A stretch of DNA of 61,792 bases, taken from NCBI GenBank assembly GCA_004356985.1, contig SMXQ01000037.1:1-61792 (forward strand). Reading direction: 5' to 3'. A model generated the notes under the pieces. It saw nothing but the letters and a program-made list of their open reading frames with translations. It ran no database searches and was not told the DNA's origin. The first letter of the stretch is position 1; every line of letters begins with the position of its first letter. The position numbers were made by a program, and so were the translations under genes. Source of the DNA: Alphaproteobacteria bacterium. Its GTDB lineage: Bacteria; Pseudomonadota; Alphaproteobacteria; SMXQ01. Positions 35,593 to 45,719 of this stretch are shown piece after piece.

Positions 35593-35639
35593 TCCCCCAG
35601 CGCCGCATTCACCTGTCGTCACGAGAAGGAACGCGCCAC

Positions 35640-36914
35640 TTGAACAGCGTGCCCGCGGGCGGCGGGGCCTCGTCGGAACAAGACCCGGGCCCGGCCGCCA
35701 AAAAAGGGTTCGTGGCCTTCCGGCATCGCGATTTCCGGCTTCTGATTTTCGGCAAGCTGTTTTCTTCGCTGTCGCTGCACATGGTGATGGTGGTGATCGC
35801 CTATCAGATTTACGACCTCACCGGCGATCCCCTGGACCTGGCCTATATCGGCCTTGCCGTTTTCGCCCCGGGGTTGGGGTTCGCGCTGGTCACCGGATAC
35901 GTCGTCGACCGCTTCGACCGGCGCCTGGTGCTCGCCTGCTGCTATCTGGTGATGTTGATTTCGGCGGTTCTGTTTACCCTGTTCGCCCTGTCCGGGACCA
36001 AAGAGGTCTGGCCGGCCTTCATGATCCTGGTGTTCTACGGTACGGGGCGCGCCTTCTACATGCCTTGCACCAATGCCCTGCTGCCCAATCTGGTGCCGGT
36101 GGAGGAATTCCCCAATGCGGTCGCCTGGAACACGTCGGCCACCAAGCTGACGCAGATTGCCGGCCCCGCCATCGGCGGCTTTCTCTACCTGGCGGGGCCC
36201 GAAGTGGTCTACGGATTGGCCGCCGTGGTGTTCTCGGTGGCGGTCGTTACGACGGCGATGATCCGCACCCGCAGCCAACGCAAGGATGCCGAACCGGTCA
36301 GCCTCGGCACGCTGCTGGCCGGGGTCCGCTACGTCTGGGGGAAGAACGTGGTGCTTGGCGCCATCTCGCTTGACCTGTTCGTGGTTCTCGCCGCCGGGGC
36401 GACGGCAATGCTGCCGATCTATGCCAAGGATGTCCTCGACGTCGGCGCCTGGGGCGCCGGGCTGTTGAGAAGCGCCATCGCCGCGGGCGGCGTGGTGACG
36501 TTGTTGATGCTGACGCAGGTGGCGCTGACCCGCGATGTCGGGCGCATCATGTTCGCCTGCGTCTTCGTCTTTGGGGCCGCCACCACCGTCTTCGGCATGT
36601 CCACGTGGTTTGCCCTGTCCCTGGCGGCGCTGGCGGTGCTGGGCGCGGCGGATGCGTTCAGCGTGGTCATCCGCCAGACTCTGATCCAGGTGGCGACGCC
36701 CGACGAGATGCGCGGCCGGGTCAGCGCCGTGAACGCCGTGTTCGTCAGCACGTCCAACGAAATCGGCGAGGTCCGCGCCGGCTTCTTGGCGGCGTGGATC
36801 GGCGCCGTGCCGACGGTGGTGATCGGCGGCATCATCTCTGTACTGATCACCGGGATTTGTTGGAAGCTGTTTCCCGAACTGGTCAAACTTCAGCGCGTCG
36901 ACCGCAGCATATGA
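35640..36914 (+). CDS. MFS transporter (EntS / 'transmembrane secretion effector' type), full length
   Basis: 12-TM pattern, paralogous to 150..1097. The start must lie after the tRNA. TTG at 35640 follows an AGAAGGA SD, with GTG 35649 as the alternative. Confidence 0.75.
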   Translation: MNSVPAGGGASSEQDPGPAAKKGFVAFRHRDFRLLIFGKLFSSLSLHMVMVVIAYQIYDLTGDPLDLAYIGLAVFAPGLGFALVTGYVVDRFDRRLVLACCYLVMLISAVLFTLFALSGTKEVWPAFMILVFYGTGRAFYMPCTNALLPNLVPVEEFPNAVAWNTSATKLTQIAGPAIGGFLYLAGPEVVYGLAAVVFSVAVVTTAMIRTRSQRKDAEPVSLGTLLAGVRYVWGKNVVLGAISLDLFVVLAAGATAMLPIYAKDVLDVGAWGAGLLRSAIAAGGVVTLLMLTQVALTRDVGRIMFACVFVFGAATTVFGMSTWFALSLAALAVLGAADAFSVVIRQTLIQVATPDEMRGRVSAVNAVFVSTSNEIGEVRAGFLAAWIGAVPTVVIGGIISVLITGICWKLFPELVKLQRVDRSI

Positions 36915-37019
36915 TGGCGCCGCGCCGGCAGCGTCGCGCAACATCGCGGCGGCCATGCGGTTCTCTTTGGCCGGATAGTGATCTAAGCTCCGGGGCCCGA
37001 TGACTTGCACGCCTTCGCC

Positions 37020-38561
37020 ATGACGTCACCGCCGCAAGACCCGGTCCCTGGCGCCCCGCTTTCGCCATGGTTCGCGCCCCTGGGCGTGGGGTTCGCGGTG
37101 GTCGCGATCACCATCATTCGGCTGCTTTACCTCACCGTCTACCCCTTCGATCTCCACCCCGACGAGGCCCAGTACTGGAGTTGGTCTCTCAGCCTCGACT
37201 GGGGCTACTTTTCCAAGCCGCCCATGGTCGCCTGGCTGATCGCCGCATCCACCGCGTTGTGCGGGTCCGGCGAGGCCTGCATCAAGGCCAGCGTGCCGAT
37301 CCTGCACGGCATTACCGCGTGTTTCATCTACGGGGCCGGGGGGCGGCTTTACGGGCCGCGGGCCGGGTTCTTCGCGGCCCTTCTTTACCTGACGCTGCCC
37401 GGCGTTTCGTTTTCGTCGTCCATCATGTCCACCGACCCGCCGTTGCTCGCCTGCTGGGCGGCGGCGTTGTATGCCGCCGTGCGGCTCGGCGACGGCGCCG
37501 CGCCGGCCCTGCCCTGGTGGCTGGCGCTCGGCCTCGCCACCGGGCTCGGGTTGCTCTCCAAATACGCCATGGGGTTCTTCGTCTTAGGATTCGTGCTTTG
37601 GCTGGCGTTGGACGGGGCGGCGCGCCGGCGCCTCTTGGGCGCGCCCAAGGGCCGGGCCGGGCCGTTCCTGGCCGCCGCCTTGGCATTCCTTCTCATCCTT
37701 CCCAACCTGATCTGGAACATGGGCACCGGCTACGTCACCTTCGCCCATACCGCGGCTAACGCCAACCTCGGCGGCGCGCTGCTGCGCCCGGAGAAATTCC
37801 TGGAATTCACGGCGAGCCAGTTCGGCGTCTTCGGCCCGATCGTTTTCGCCGTCCTGGGGTGGTTGTTGCTGCGGCCCGACCGCTGGCTGCGCGAGCCCCG
37901 GGCGCGGATGCTGGCCGGATTCGTGCTTTGCGTGCTGTTGCCCATCATGGTGCTGAGCCTGGTCTCCCGGGCCCATGCCAATTGGGCGGCCACGGCCTAC
38001 GTGGCGGGCTCCATATGGGTCGCCGGCGCCCTTTCCGGGGCCAAGGGGCGGCGGTGGCTGTACGGCTCCATCGCGCTCCATGTGGCCGTCGCCGCGACGC
38101 TGATGGCGGCCACCATCGGCCAGGCCGAACCGGGCCGCTATGCGGGCTTGGCCGTGCCCCAGGCGTTGGATCCCTACAGGCATTACGGCGGTTGGCGGGC
38201 GCTCGGGGAAAAGGTCGCGGCGCTCAAGGCGCGCTTTCCGGGCCTGCCGCTTCTGGGCCATGACCGGATGATGGTGGCCTCCGCGCTCTATTACGTGCGG
38301 CCTTGGCCGGTCGAAATTTTCGCTTGGCATGGCGATGGCCGGGTGACCAATCACTTCCGCCTGACGCGGCCCTGGCCGGGAGCGGTGGGCGGCGACGCGC
38401 TGCTGCTTAGCCGGCGCGGAGACCCTGCCGAAATCCTCGCCCGTTTCCGGACCTGGGATAAGGTGGCGACCATCGTCGTGCCCATTTCGACCGGCGCCCG
38501 GCACGCCGTCCAAGTCTTTCACGCCAGGGGATTTCTAGGCTATAAACACGGTCGACCATAA
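37020..38561 (+). CDS. ArnT/PMT-like glycosyltransferase (GT39/GT83 family), polytopic membrane protein
   Basis: Motif DLHPDEAQYWSWSLSLDWGYFSKPPMVAWLIA near the first loop, about 11 TM helices and a soluble C-terminal domain. Confidence 0.8.
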   Translation: MTSPPQDPVPGAPLSPWFAPLGVGFAVVAITIIRLLYLTVYPFDLHPDEAQYWSWSLSLDWGYFSKPPMVAWLIAASTALCGSGEACIKASVPILHGITACFIYGAGGRLYGPRAGFFAALLYLTLPGVSFSSSIMSTDPPLLACWAAALYAAVRLGDGAAPALPWWLALGLATGLGLLSKYAMGFFVLGFVLWLALDGAARRRLLGAPKGRAGPFLAAALAFLLILPNLIWNMGTGYVTFAHTAANANLGGALLRPEKFLEFTASQFGVFGPIVFAVLGWLLLRPDRWLREPRARMLAGFVLCVLLPIMVLSLVSRAHANWAATAYVAGSIWVAGALSGAKGRRWLYGSIALHVAVAATLMAATIGQAEPGRYAGLAVPQALDPYRHYGGWRALGEKVAALKARFPGLPLLGHDRMMVASALYYVRPWPVEIFAWHGDGRVTNHFRLTRPWPGAVGGDALLLSRRGDPAEILARFRTWDKVATIVVPISTGARHAVQVFHARGFLGYKHGRP

Positions 38562-38609
38562 CCGCGCCAAGACATTTAGGAAAGGCCCCTCACCGGGGGC
38601 AAACGCGCC

Positions 38610-40673
38610 ATGAGCAGATACCGTATCACCGTCGATACCGGCGGGACCTTCACCGACGTGGTCTATTTCAACGAGGACCGGCGCGAAATCACCATCCACA
38701 AGCTTCCCTCGACCCCCCACAACCCTTCCGAGGCCATCGTCGCCGGCGTCCGCCACCTTCTCGATCAGGGCGTCGATGCCGGGGACATCGAATTCTTCTG
38801 CCACGGCACCACCGTCGGCACCAATGCGCTGCTCGAAGGGAAGGGGGCGAAGACGGCGCTTTTGGTCACCGAAGGGTTCCGCGGCATTTACGAGGTGGGA
38901 GAGCAATCGACCCCGCACGGCCCTTCGGTCTTCGATATCACCTACCAGAAGGCCCCCCTGTTGGCCCCGCAAAGCCTCACCGGCGAGGTCCGAGAGCGGG
39001 TCGATTTCCAGGGCAAGGTGCTGCGCAAGCTCGACGAAACGGGGCTGCGCGAGACCGTGCGCGGGTTTCGCGACAAGGGCGTGACCTCGGTCGCGGTCTG
39101 TCTCCTGTTTTCATTCCTCACCCCCCGCCACGAACAAAAGGTCGCCCGCATCATCAAACAGGTCGCGCCGGGGATGAGCGTCTCGCTATCGTCCGAAGTT
39201 CTGCCCCTCATCCGCGAATTCTTCCGCCTGTCGACGACCGTCATCAACGCCTATTTGCAGCCCATCCTCGAGTATTACGTCCACCATCTGGAGGCCCAGC
39301 TCGACGCCGCCGGCGTGCACACCAAGAAGCGCTACATCATGCAGTCCAACGGCGGCACCGCGACCTTCGCCGCCGCCGCGCGCAAGGCGGTGGCGACGGT
39401 GCTCTCGGGGCCGGCCGGCGGGGTCACCGCGGGGGTCAATCTGGCGCGCGATCTCAAGCAGCCCAACCTGATCACTTTCGACATGGGCGGGACCAGCTGC
39501 GACGTCGCCCTGATCAAGGATGGCGAAGCCTCCCACGCCAACCGTATCGAGATCGACGGGCGCGTCATATCGGTGCCGATGATGGATATCAACACGGTGT
39601 CGGCGGGGGGCGGGACCATCGCCCGGGCCGATGCGCTGGGCCAGCTTCAGGTGGGGCCGGAATCGGCGGGGGCGGTGCCGGGACCGGCCTGTTACGGCAC
39701 CGGCGGCGCCTTGCCCACGGTGACCGATGCCAACCTGATTTTGGGATATCTCGGGGCCGACAACTTCCTTGGCGGGCGCATGGCGCTGGATGTGGCCCAT
39801 GCGCGCCGGGCCATGGAAGACGGCGTGGCGGCGCCGCTGGGCATGAGCCTCACCGACGCCGCCGAAGGCGTCATCCGCATCATCAACGTCAAGATGGAAG
39901 AGGCCATCAAGGCGATCTCCACCATGCGCGGGTATGACCTCAGGGATTTCATGCTGGTGGCCTTCGGCGGGGCCGGGCCGCTCCATGCCGGACAGATGGC
40001 GCGGAACCTCGCCATGCGCGGCATCATCGTGCCGCTCTATCCCGGCGTCAATTCGGCCATCGGCTTGCTGCAGGCCGACGTGCGCCACGATTACGCGGTT
40101 TCGCGCCTGACCCTGATCACCGCCATCGGCCCCGAAGAAGTGGCCGGGCGGCTCAAGACCCTGGCCGACCGGGCCCGGGCGGAGCTCCGCGCCGAAGGCT
40201 TCCGGCCCCGCCAGATCGTTATCGAATATGCCATCGACATGCGCTATGCGGGCCAGGGCTACGAATTGACGGTGCCCTTGGCCTCGGGCCGGGTGACTAG
40301 CAAAAGCCTGGCCGCAATCCGCCACACCTTCGACGAAACCCACAACACGCTGTTCGGCCATTCGGGCCCGGAAGAGCCGGTCGAGGTGGTGACCTACCGG
40401 GTGACCGGGATCGGCAAATTGCCCGAGGTCAAGATGCCGACCTTCAGGCGCAAGGGCATGAGCCTCGAAAGCGCCGCTATCGGCAAGCGCCGGGTGCGGT
40501 TCGACGGCGCCACCTGTGATGCCGCCATCTACCAGCGCGAACGCCTGGACGTGGGCCACGCGATCTTGGGCCCGGCGGTGGTCGAGCAGTTGGATTCCAC
40601 CCTGGTGGTCCACCCCGGCCAAGTGGCCCGCGTGGACCGCTTCAAGAACATCTGGATCAGCGAAGGGAATTGA
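38610..40673 (+). CDS. Hydantoinase/oxoprolinase family protein, A subunit
   Basis: 687 aa. Begins MSRYRITVDTGGTFTDVV and contains FDMGGTSCDV, as in the HyuA/OplA family. Confidence 0.85.
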   Translation: MSRYRITVDTGGTFTDVVYFNEDRREITIHKLPSTPHNPSEAIVAGVRHLLDQGVDAGDIEFFCHGTTVGTNALLEGKGAKTALLVTEGFRGIYEVGEQSTPHGPSVFDITYQKAPLLAPQSLTGEVRERVDFQGKVLRKLDETGLRETVRGFRDKGVTSVAVCLLFSFLTPRHEQKVARIIKQVAPGMSVSLSSEVLPLIREFFRLSTTVINAYLQPILEYYVHHLEAQLDAAGVHTKKRYIMQSNGGTATFAAAARKAVATVLSGPAGGVTAGVNLARDLKQPNLITFDMGGTSCDVALIKDGEASHANRIEIDGRVISVPMMDINTVSAGGGTIARADALGQLQVGPESAGAVPGPACYGTGGALPTVTDANLILGYLGADNFLGGRMALDVAHARRAMEDGVAAPLGMSLTDAAEGVIRIINVKMEEAIKAISTMRGYDLRDFMLVAFGGAGPLHAGQMARNLAMRGIIVPLYPGVNSAIGLLQADVRHDYAVSRLTLITAIGPEEVAGRLKTLADRARAELRAEGFRPRQIVIEYAIDMRYAGQGYELTVPLASGRVTSKSLAAIRHTFDETHNTLFGHSGPEEPVEVVTYRVTGIGKLPEVKMPTFRRKGMSLESAAIGKRRVRFDGATCDAAIYQRERLDVGHAILGPAVVEQLDSTLVVHPGQVARVDRFKNIWISEGN

Positions 40674-40676
40674 GCC

Positions 40677-42449
40677 ATGGCGCGAGCGGGTGCAACCCTA
40701 AGGCGGCGGAAACGTGGGGCGGCCGAGGTCGATCCCATCACCTTCCAGGTCATCAAGGCGTCCCTGGTCGGCATCGTCCGGGAGATGCAGAACTGCCTCT
40801 TCCGCACCGGCTTTTCGACCATCATCCGGGAATCCCAGGATGCCAGCTGCGCGCTGTTGGACACCGCCGGCGACGTGGTGGCCCAACACGTGGTGCTGCC
40901 CCTGCATATCGGCGCCTTTCCCCACTGCACGGCGGCGGTGCTGCGTAGTTACGGCGATGACCTCGCCCCGGGCGACGCCTTCCTGATCAACCACACCTAC
41001 GAGGGCGGCTCGCCCCACGCGCCGGACATGGCGGTGATCACCCCCATCTTCATCGGCCGCCGCCATGTCGGTTTCGCCGCCGACATCGCCCATAAGCCGG
41101 ACATCGGCGGCCCGGTACCCGGCAGCTGTTTCGCGCTGGCCAAGGATATCTTCGCCGAGGGGCTGCATCTGCCGGCGATCCGCTATCAGCGCGATTTCCA
41201 AACCATCTCCGATGTCGAACGTATCCTCGCCGCCAACAGCCGGACGCCGGAAATGGTGTTGGGCGACATTCGCGGCCAGTTGGGGGCCAACCGCCTGGGC
41301 GAGCAACGCATCGCCGAGCTGATCGCCAAATTCGGCGACGACCAGGTGCTAGCCTGCTTCGACGAATTGATGCGGATGTCCGAACGAACCATGCGCCAAA
41401 TCATCGCCCAGTGGCGCGACGGCCGATTCGAGGCCGAACGGTTCGTCGACAATGACGGCATCGACCTCGACAAGCCGATCCGCGTCCATGTGGTTTTGGA
41501 AAAGAAGGGCGATAGGATCTCGTTCGATTTCACCAAGTCCAACGACCAGACCCGGGGGCCGGCCAATATCCGCCCGCCCCTGGTGCAGGCGGCCATGGTC
41601 TATACCCTGATCACCCAGATGGACCCCACCATGACCATCAATTCCGGGCTCTTGCGGGTGGCCGATATCAAGCTGCGCCCGGGCAGCGTGCTCGATCCCC
41701 ATTTCCCGGCGCCGGTGAACACCTATATGCCGACCGTCACCGCGGTGACCGAGGCCGCCGTCGAGGCCATCAGCCACGTGCTGCCGGCGCGCGCGCGGGG
41801 CGACGGCTGCGGCTCACGCTCGATCATCATCGGCGGCCGCTCGACCCGCTCGGGCAAGGGCTACGTGCAATATGAAATCGTCGGCGGCGGCACCGGCGGC
41901 CGGGCCATGATGGATGGCATTTCGGGGGGATGTTCGCACCAGTCCAATGCCCGCATCGCGCCTATCGAAATCATCGAATCCGAATTTCCCACCCGCGTGC
42001 GCCGTTTCGAGTTGATCGCCGATTCGGGGGGCGCCGGCCAGTTCCGCGGCGGGCTCGGTGTGGTGCGGGAATACCAGAACCTGGGCGAGGCGCGGTTCAA
42101 CATCCGCTCCAACAAGCATTTCATTCCGCCCAAGGGGGTCGTCGGCGGGGCGCCCGGCCGCTGCGGTAAGTTGACCATGCATCCCGGCGAGGGGCGCGAA
42201 GAGGTGCTGCCGGCGCGCTATTCCGACTATCCCCTTGCCGACGGCGATATCTTCAGGCTGGAGACCCCGGGCGGCGGCGGTTTCGGGGCGCCGGGCAAAC
42301 GCGACCCCCAACGGGTCTGCGTGGATGTGACCGAGGGCTACGTGACGCCCAAGGCGGCGCGCGAGGTCTACCGGGTGGCGCTCAGGAAGTCCAAGGGCGT
42401 CTACCGGGTGGACCAGGCCAAGACCAAGGCCTTGCGCAAGCGGCGCTGA
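40677..42449 (+). CDS. Hydantoinase B/oxoprolinase family protein, B subunit
   Basis: 590 aa with DPITFQVIKASL..., the HyuB pattern. Lies 4 nt after the A subunit. Confidence 0.85.
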   Translation: MARAGATLRRRKRGAAEVDPITFQVIKASLVGIVREMQNCLFRTGFSTIIRESQDASCALLDTAGDVVAQHVVLPLHIGAFPHCTAAVLRSYGDDLAPGDAFLINHTYEGGSPHAPDMAVITPIFIGRRHVGFAADIAHKPDIGGPVPGSCFALAKDIFAEGLHLPAIRYQRDFQTISDVERILAANSRTPEMVLGDIRGQLGANRLGEQRIAELIAKFGDDQVLACFDELMRMSERTMRQIIAQWRDGRFEAERFVDNDGIDLDKPIRVHVVLEKKGDRISFDFTKSNDQTRGPANIRPPLVQAAMVYTLITQMDPTMTINSGLLRVADIKLRPGSVLDPHFPAPVNTYMPTVTAVTEAAVEAISHVLPARARGDGCGSRSIIIGGRSTRSGKGYVQYEIVGGGTGGRAMMDGISGGCSHQSNARIAPIEIIESEFPTRVRRFELIADSGGAGQFRGGLGVVREYQNLGEARFNIRSNKHFIPPKGVVGGAPGRCGKLTMHPGEGREEVLPARYSDYPLADGDIFRLETPGGGGFGAPGKRDPQRVCVDVTEGYVTPKAAREVYRVALRKSKGVYRVDQAKTKALRKRR

Positions 42450-42462
42450 ATGTCCACAGGCC

Positions 42463-43914
42463 CTAGCGCAGCACGGCGAAGGCCCGCGCGGCCCAGGGCG
42501 GAAGACCCAGGCGCGCCCCCCAGGGCAAACTTTGGCCCGCCATCGGGCGTCCCCGGGCGGCCAGCGGCAAATCGACGCCGGAACGCAGGAACACCCGTTG
42601 CATCCATGCCGTCATCCAGATGGCCATGGTGGCGCCGACCAGGACGTCGGACAGGTAATGCGCGGTTTCCAGCGCCCGGGCGAGGATGACCACCGTGGCG
42701 AGGGCGACCAGGGCGGCGCGGAAGCGCGGCATGATGAAATAAAGCGCCGTCATCAGCGTCGCCACCGTCACCCCATGACCCGAAGGGAAGGACTGCAGGG
42801 AGGCGTCGAATTCGAACCAGGAAAAACCATAATCGTCGTAGCGGGTGTAATGCAGGGGGCGCATGCGCCCGAACGAGATCTTCATGATCTTGACGACGAT
42901 CCCGGTCAACGAAAGGGATGCGAAAACGAACAAGGGCAGCATGGCCCAGGCCTTGAGGCGGTCCGCGACGCCGGCAAACCGCTGGTGCCGGGCGGCCAGC
43001 CAGAGGATTGCGAAGGCGAGGCCCGAGGGCACCAACCAATATTCCGATCGCCCCAGTCTGGCGATGCCCTTGACCAGCAGGTGATAGTCCCGATCGAAGG
43101 TGACAAACCAGTCGATGGCCGGCCGGTCGAAAAACACGTAGGACAAGATCGCCAACAGAACCACCGCCGCCAAGGCATGGGGATGGCTGGCGATGGCGGC
43201 TCCCGGTTTGGCCTTGGCGGCCAGCCGTTCATCCCATCGCCCGAAGAACCGCCACCCGGGACCGTCGCGCGCCGCCAGCCAGACATAGAGCCCCCAGGCG
43301 ACGGCAAAATTGATGAGCCCCGCGAAGACCACGTCGGACAGGAAGTGGCGGCCCTGTCCCACCCTAGCCATGCCGATGGCGGCGGCCAGCGCCAAGGTGG
43401 CGGCGAACACCGCCCGGCGCCGATGCCCTGGGGCCATGAGAAAAGCGAAAGTCACCAGGAAAAAACCCATGGCCGCGTGGCCCGAGACGAAGGAGCAGTT
43501 CCTGGGGCATTGATCGGTGCGCACCAAGGCCGGGGTGAAGGTGGCGGTGCCGCCGAACTCGACAATCTGGGCCGGCCGCGCCCGGCCCATATTATCTTTC
43601 AGCGCGACGTTGGTGATGAGCCCGGGACCGATGGCCAGGGACAGCGTGATATAGGCGATCGCCGAAGTACGGACGTGGACGCGCTTGAGCGCGGCAAAGG
43701 AACGGGCCAGGAGAAGGCCGATCACCAGGGCGATGACCGCCGCCCTGGCCACCGGCACCAGATCGTAGAGGAAATCGAAGGGCGGCCAATGGCGGGCGAA
43801 GAAACCCTCTCCCTCCCGGTAGAAGAGGCCGGCGAAGGCGATATCGATTTGCGGCGCGGCGGAGAAGACCAGGGCGGCAACGGCGATGGCGGTCGAATAC
43901 GCGATAAGCTTCAT
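42463..43914 (-). CDS. Tandem (double) PAP2 phosphatase, integral membrane
   Basis: Two complete PAP2 motif sets are present. Set 1 is KDNMGRARP / SGHAAM / RVGQGRHFLSD. Set 2 is KISFGRMRP / PSGHGV / RALETAHYLSD. ATGA overlap with the upstream ArnT-like gene. Confidence 0.85.
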   Translation of the reverse strand: MKLIAYSTAIAVAALVFSAAPQIDIAFAGLFYREGEGFFARHWPPFDFLYDLVPVARAAVIALVIGLLLARSFAALKRVHVRTSAIAYITLSLAIGPGLITNVALKDNMGRARPAQIVEFGGTATFTPALVRTDQCPRNCSFVSGHAAMGFFLVTFAFLMAPGHRRRAVFAATLALAAAIGMARVGQGRHFLSDVVFAGLINFAVAWGLYVWLAARDGPGWRFFGRWDERLAAKAKPGAAIASHPHALAAVVLLAILSYVFFDRPAIDWFVTFDRDYHLLVKGIARLGRSEYWLVPSGLAFAILWLAARHQRFAGVADRLKAWAMLPLFVFASLSLTGIVVKIMKISFGRMRPLHYTRYDDYGFSWFEFDASLQSFPSGHGVTVATLMTALYFIMPRFRAALVALATVVILARALETAHYLSDVLVGATMAIWMTAWMQRVFLRSGVDLPLAARGRPMAGQSLPWGARLGLPPWAARAFAVLR

Positions 43915-45584
43915 GGCCCAGCCGGTCCCGCGCGGTAGAGGGTCAAGGATACCGCCTTGCCCTTGGAGAGGTTGATCCCGCGGACGGTGCCAAGGGCGAC
44001 GGCGGTGACGCCCAGTTGCCGGAGCGCGGCACGGAATTTAGCCTCTCGGCCCGCCTCGATCAATGCCAGGGCGCCGGGCCGCTCGGCGAGATGCCGCGCC
44101 GCGCCGTCCGCCCCGGTCAACACGGTCTTGGTCCCCAGGGCGAAAACCAGGCTCGGCTCATGGAAGCCCGCGGCGGCGACGGGGGCGCCGCCCGGGGGCC
44201 GGTGCGCCTTCACCAGGGCGCCCACCCCGGCGCTCGGCCAGAGCTGTTCGATCGCCGGCAGGGCGGCGGCGAAGGTGAGTCCCAGGAACAGGACCATCGC
44301 CGATGCCGGGCCCCAAGCCATCAACCGGGCATCGTGCCTGATGTGCCCGGCCACGCCCGCCGCCAGCACCAGGCCCGCCGCCGCCGGCGGCGCCCAGGCC
44401 AGGGCGGGGATGGCGCCGGAGGCGAAAATGGCCGCCGCCGGCGCCACGGCGGCGAGGCCGAGCCCGGCCAGGCACCAAAGCGCCAGCCAGGCGCGCGCCG
44501 GCCAGCGGTCGAGGGCCGCCGTGAGCCAAACCCGGCCATGGATGGCGGCCGCGGCGGCCAACAGCGCCGCCGCCGGATAAAGCGGAAGCACGTAATGGGG
44601 GAGCTTGGTGGGGATCAGTTCGAACGCCAGCCATGCCGGGATCAGCCAGGCCAGGCAGAACCGGGTCCCGGGGTCGCGCCGGTTGCGCCAGGCCCAGACC
44701 AGCCCGAAGGGGAGCAGCAACACGCCGGGCCAGAAGGTGATAGGGGCGAGCGCCAGGTAGGTCCCCGGCGGCCCGCCGTGGGATTCCTGGGCGCCCAGCA
44801 GTTTCGGCAGGAGGTCCCCGGTCACCGCGCCGGCGATGAAATCGCTGCCGCCGAGGGTGACGGCGATGAACCAGGGCGCGGCGATGGCAAGGGTAAGGGC
44901 GAGCCCCGGCAAGGGGTGGAGCCCGGCCCACAGGTTGGCCCTGATGCCCGCGCGCCGGTCGGCCATGGCCAGTGCGGCCAAGGTGAGCGCCACGATTAAC
45001 GGCAACACCGGGCCCTTCACCATGATCGCCGCGCCCAGCGCCGCCCAGAAGACCATGGCACGGGCCAGCGATGCGCGGGCGCCGGCGCGGCCGGTGCGGT
45101 AGATGCCCATCAAACTGCCTTGGGCGACGATCACGCAGAACAGCAAGAAGGCGTCGGTCTTGGCGATATGGGCCTCCGCCACGGTGAGCACCGCCGAGCC
45201 CAGGATCACCGCGCCGAGGAAGGCGGCCTGGCGCCCGAAGGCGGGCCGGGCCAGGGCGAACAGGGCCAGCACCGCCGCCATGGCGCCCAGCGCCGAGGGC
45301 AGCCGGTAGGCCCAGATCGCCGCGGTGTCGCCGCCGCCCGGGCCCAGCACCGCGGCCGCCTGGAGCCAGTGGATGCCCGCCGGTTTCTTGTTGCGGGGGC
45401 TGTTCTGGAAGCGGATGTTGATATAATCGCCGCTTTCCACCATCTGGCGGGTGGCCTGGGCGATGCGCGCCTCGTCCCGGTCGGTCACGGGAAAGACGTT
45501 GATGCCGGGCAGATAGAGCGCCAGCGCCAGGAGCGCCAGGATCAGGTAGGCGCGCGGGCCGATGGTGAGAGAGTCAAAGGTCAT
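43911..45584 (-). CDS. ArnT-like glycosyltransferase (GT83/GT39 family)
   Basis: True start is MTFDSLTIGP at 45584. Motif VTDRDEARIAQATRQMVESGDYINIRF...NKKPAGIHWLQ. The longer 804-aa ORF extension overlaps the divergent GT2 gene. Confidence 0.8.
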   Translation of the reverse strand: MTFDSLTIGPRAYLILALLALALYLPGINVFPVTDRDEARIAQATRQMVESGDYINIRFQNSPRNKKPAGIHWLQAAAVLGPGGGDTAAIWAYRLPSALGAMAAVLALFALARPAFGRQAAFLGAVILGSAVLTVAEAHIAKTDAFLLFCVIVAQGSLMGIYRTGRAGARASLARAMVFWAALGAAIMVKGPVLPLIVALTLAALAMADRRAGIRANLWAGLHPLPGLALTLAIAAPWFIAVTLGGSDFIAGAVTGDLLPKLLGAQESHGGPPGTYLALAPITFWPGVLLLPFGLVWAWRNRRDPGTRFCLAWLIPAWLAFELIPTKLPHYVLPLYPAAALLAAAAAIHGRVWLTAALDRWPARAWLALWCLAGLGLAAVAPAAAIFASGAIPALAWAPPAAAGLVLAAGVAGHIRHDARLMAWGPASAMVLFLGLTFAAALPAIEQLWPSAGVGALVKAHRPPGGAPVAAAGFHEPSLVFALGTKTVLTGADGAARHLAERPGALALIEAGREAKFRAALRQLGVTAVALGTVRGINLSKGKAVSLTLYRAGPAGP

Positions 45585-45719
45585 GGACGTCGAGACGGAC
45601 AACCTTGGTGGATCGGCGCGATGGGAAGCCGCGGGCGCCAGTCTAGCAAGTTTAGCCTTGAACAAGAATTCCCGGCTTCTATAAAACCCAAGCACACCCT
45701 TGGGGGATTGAAAGAACGC

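Noticed and set aside
35593-38561. Genomic island integrated at tRNA-Gly
   Set aside because: No integrase, no direct repeat of the tRNA 3' end, and no GC/codon shift in the downstream MFS and GT39 genes.
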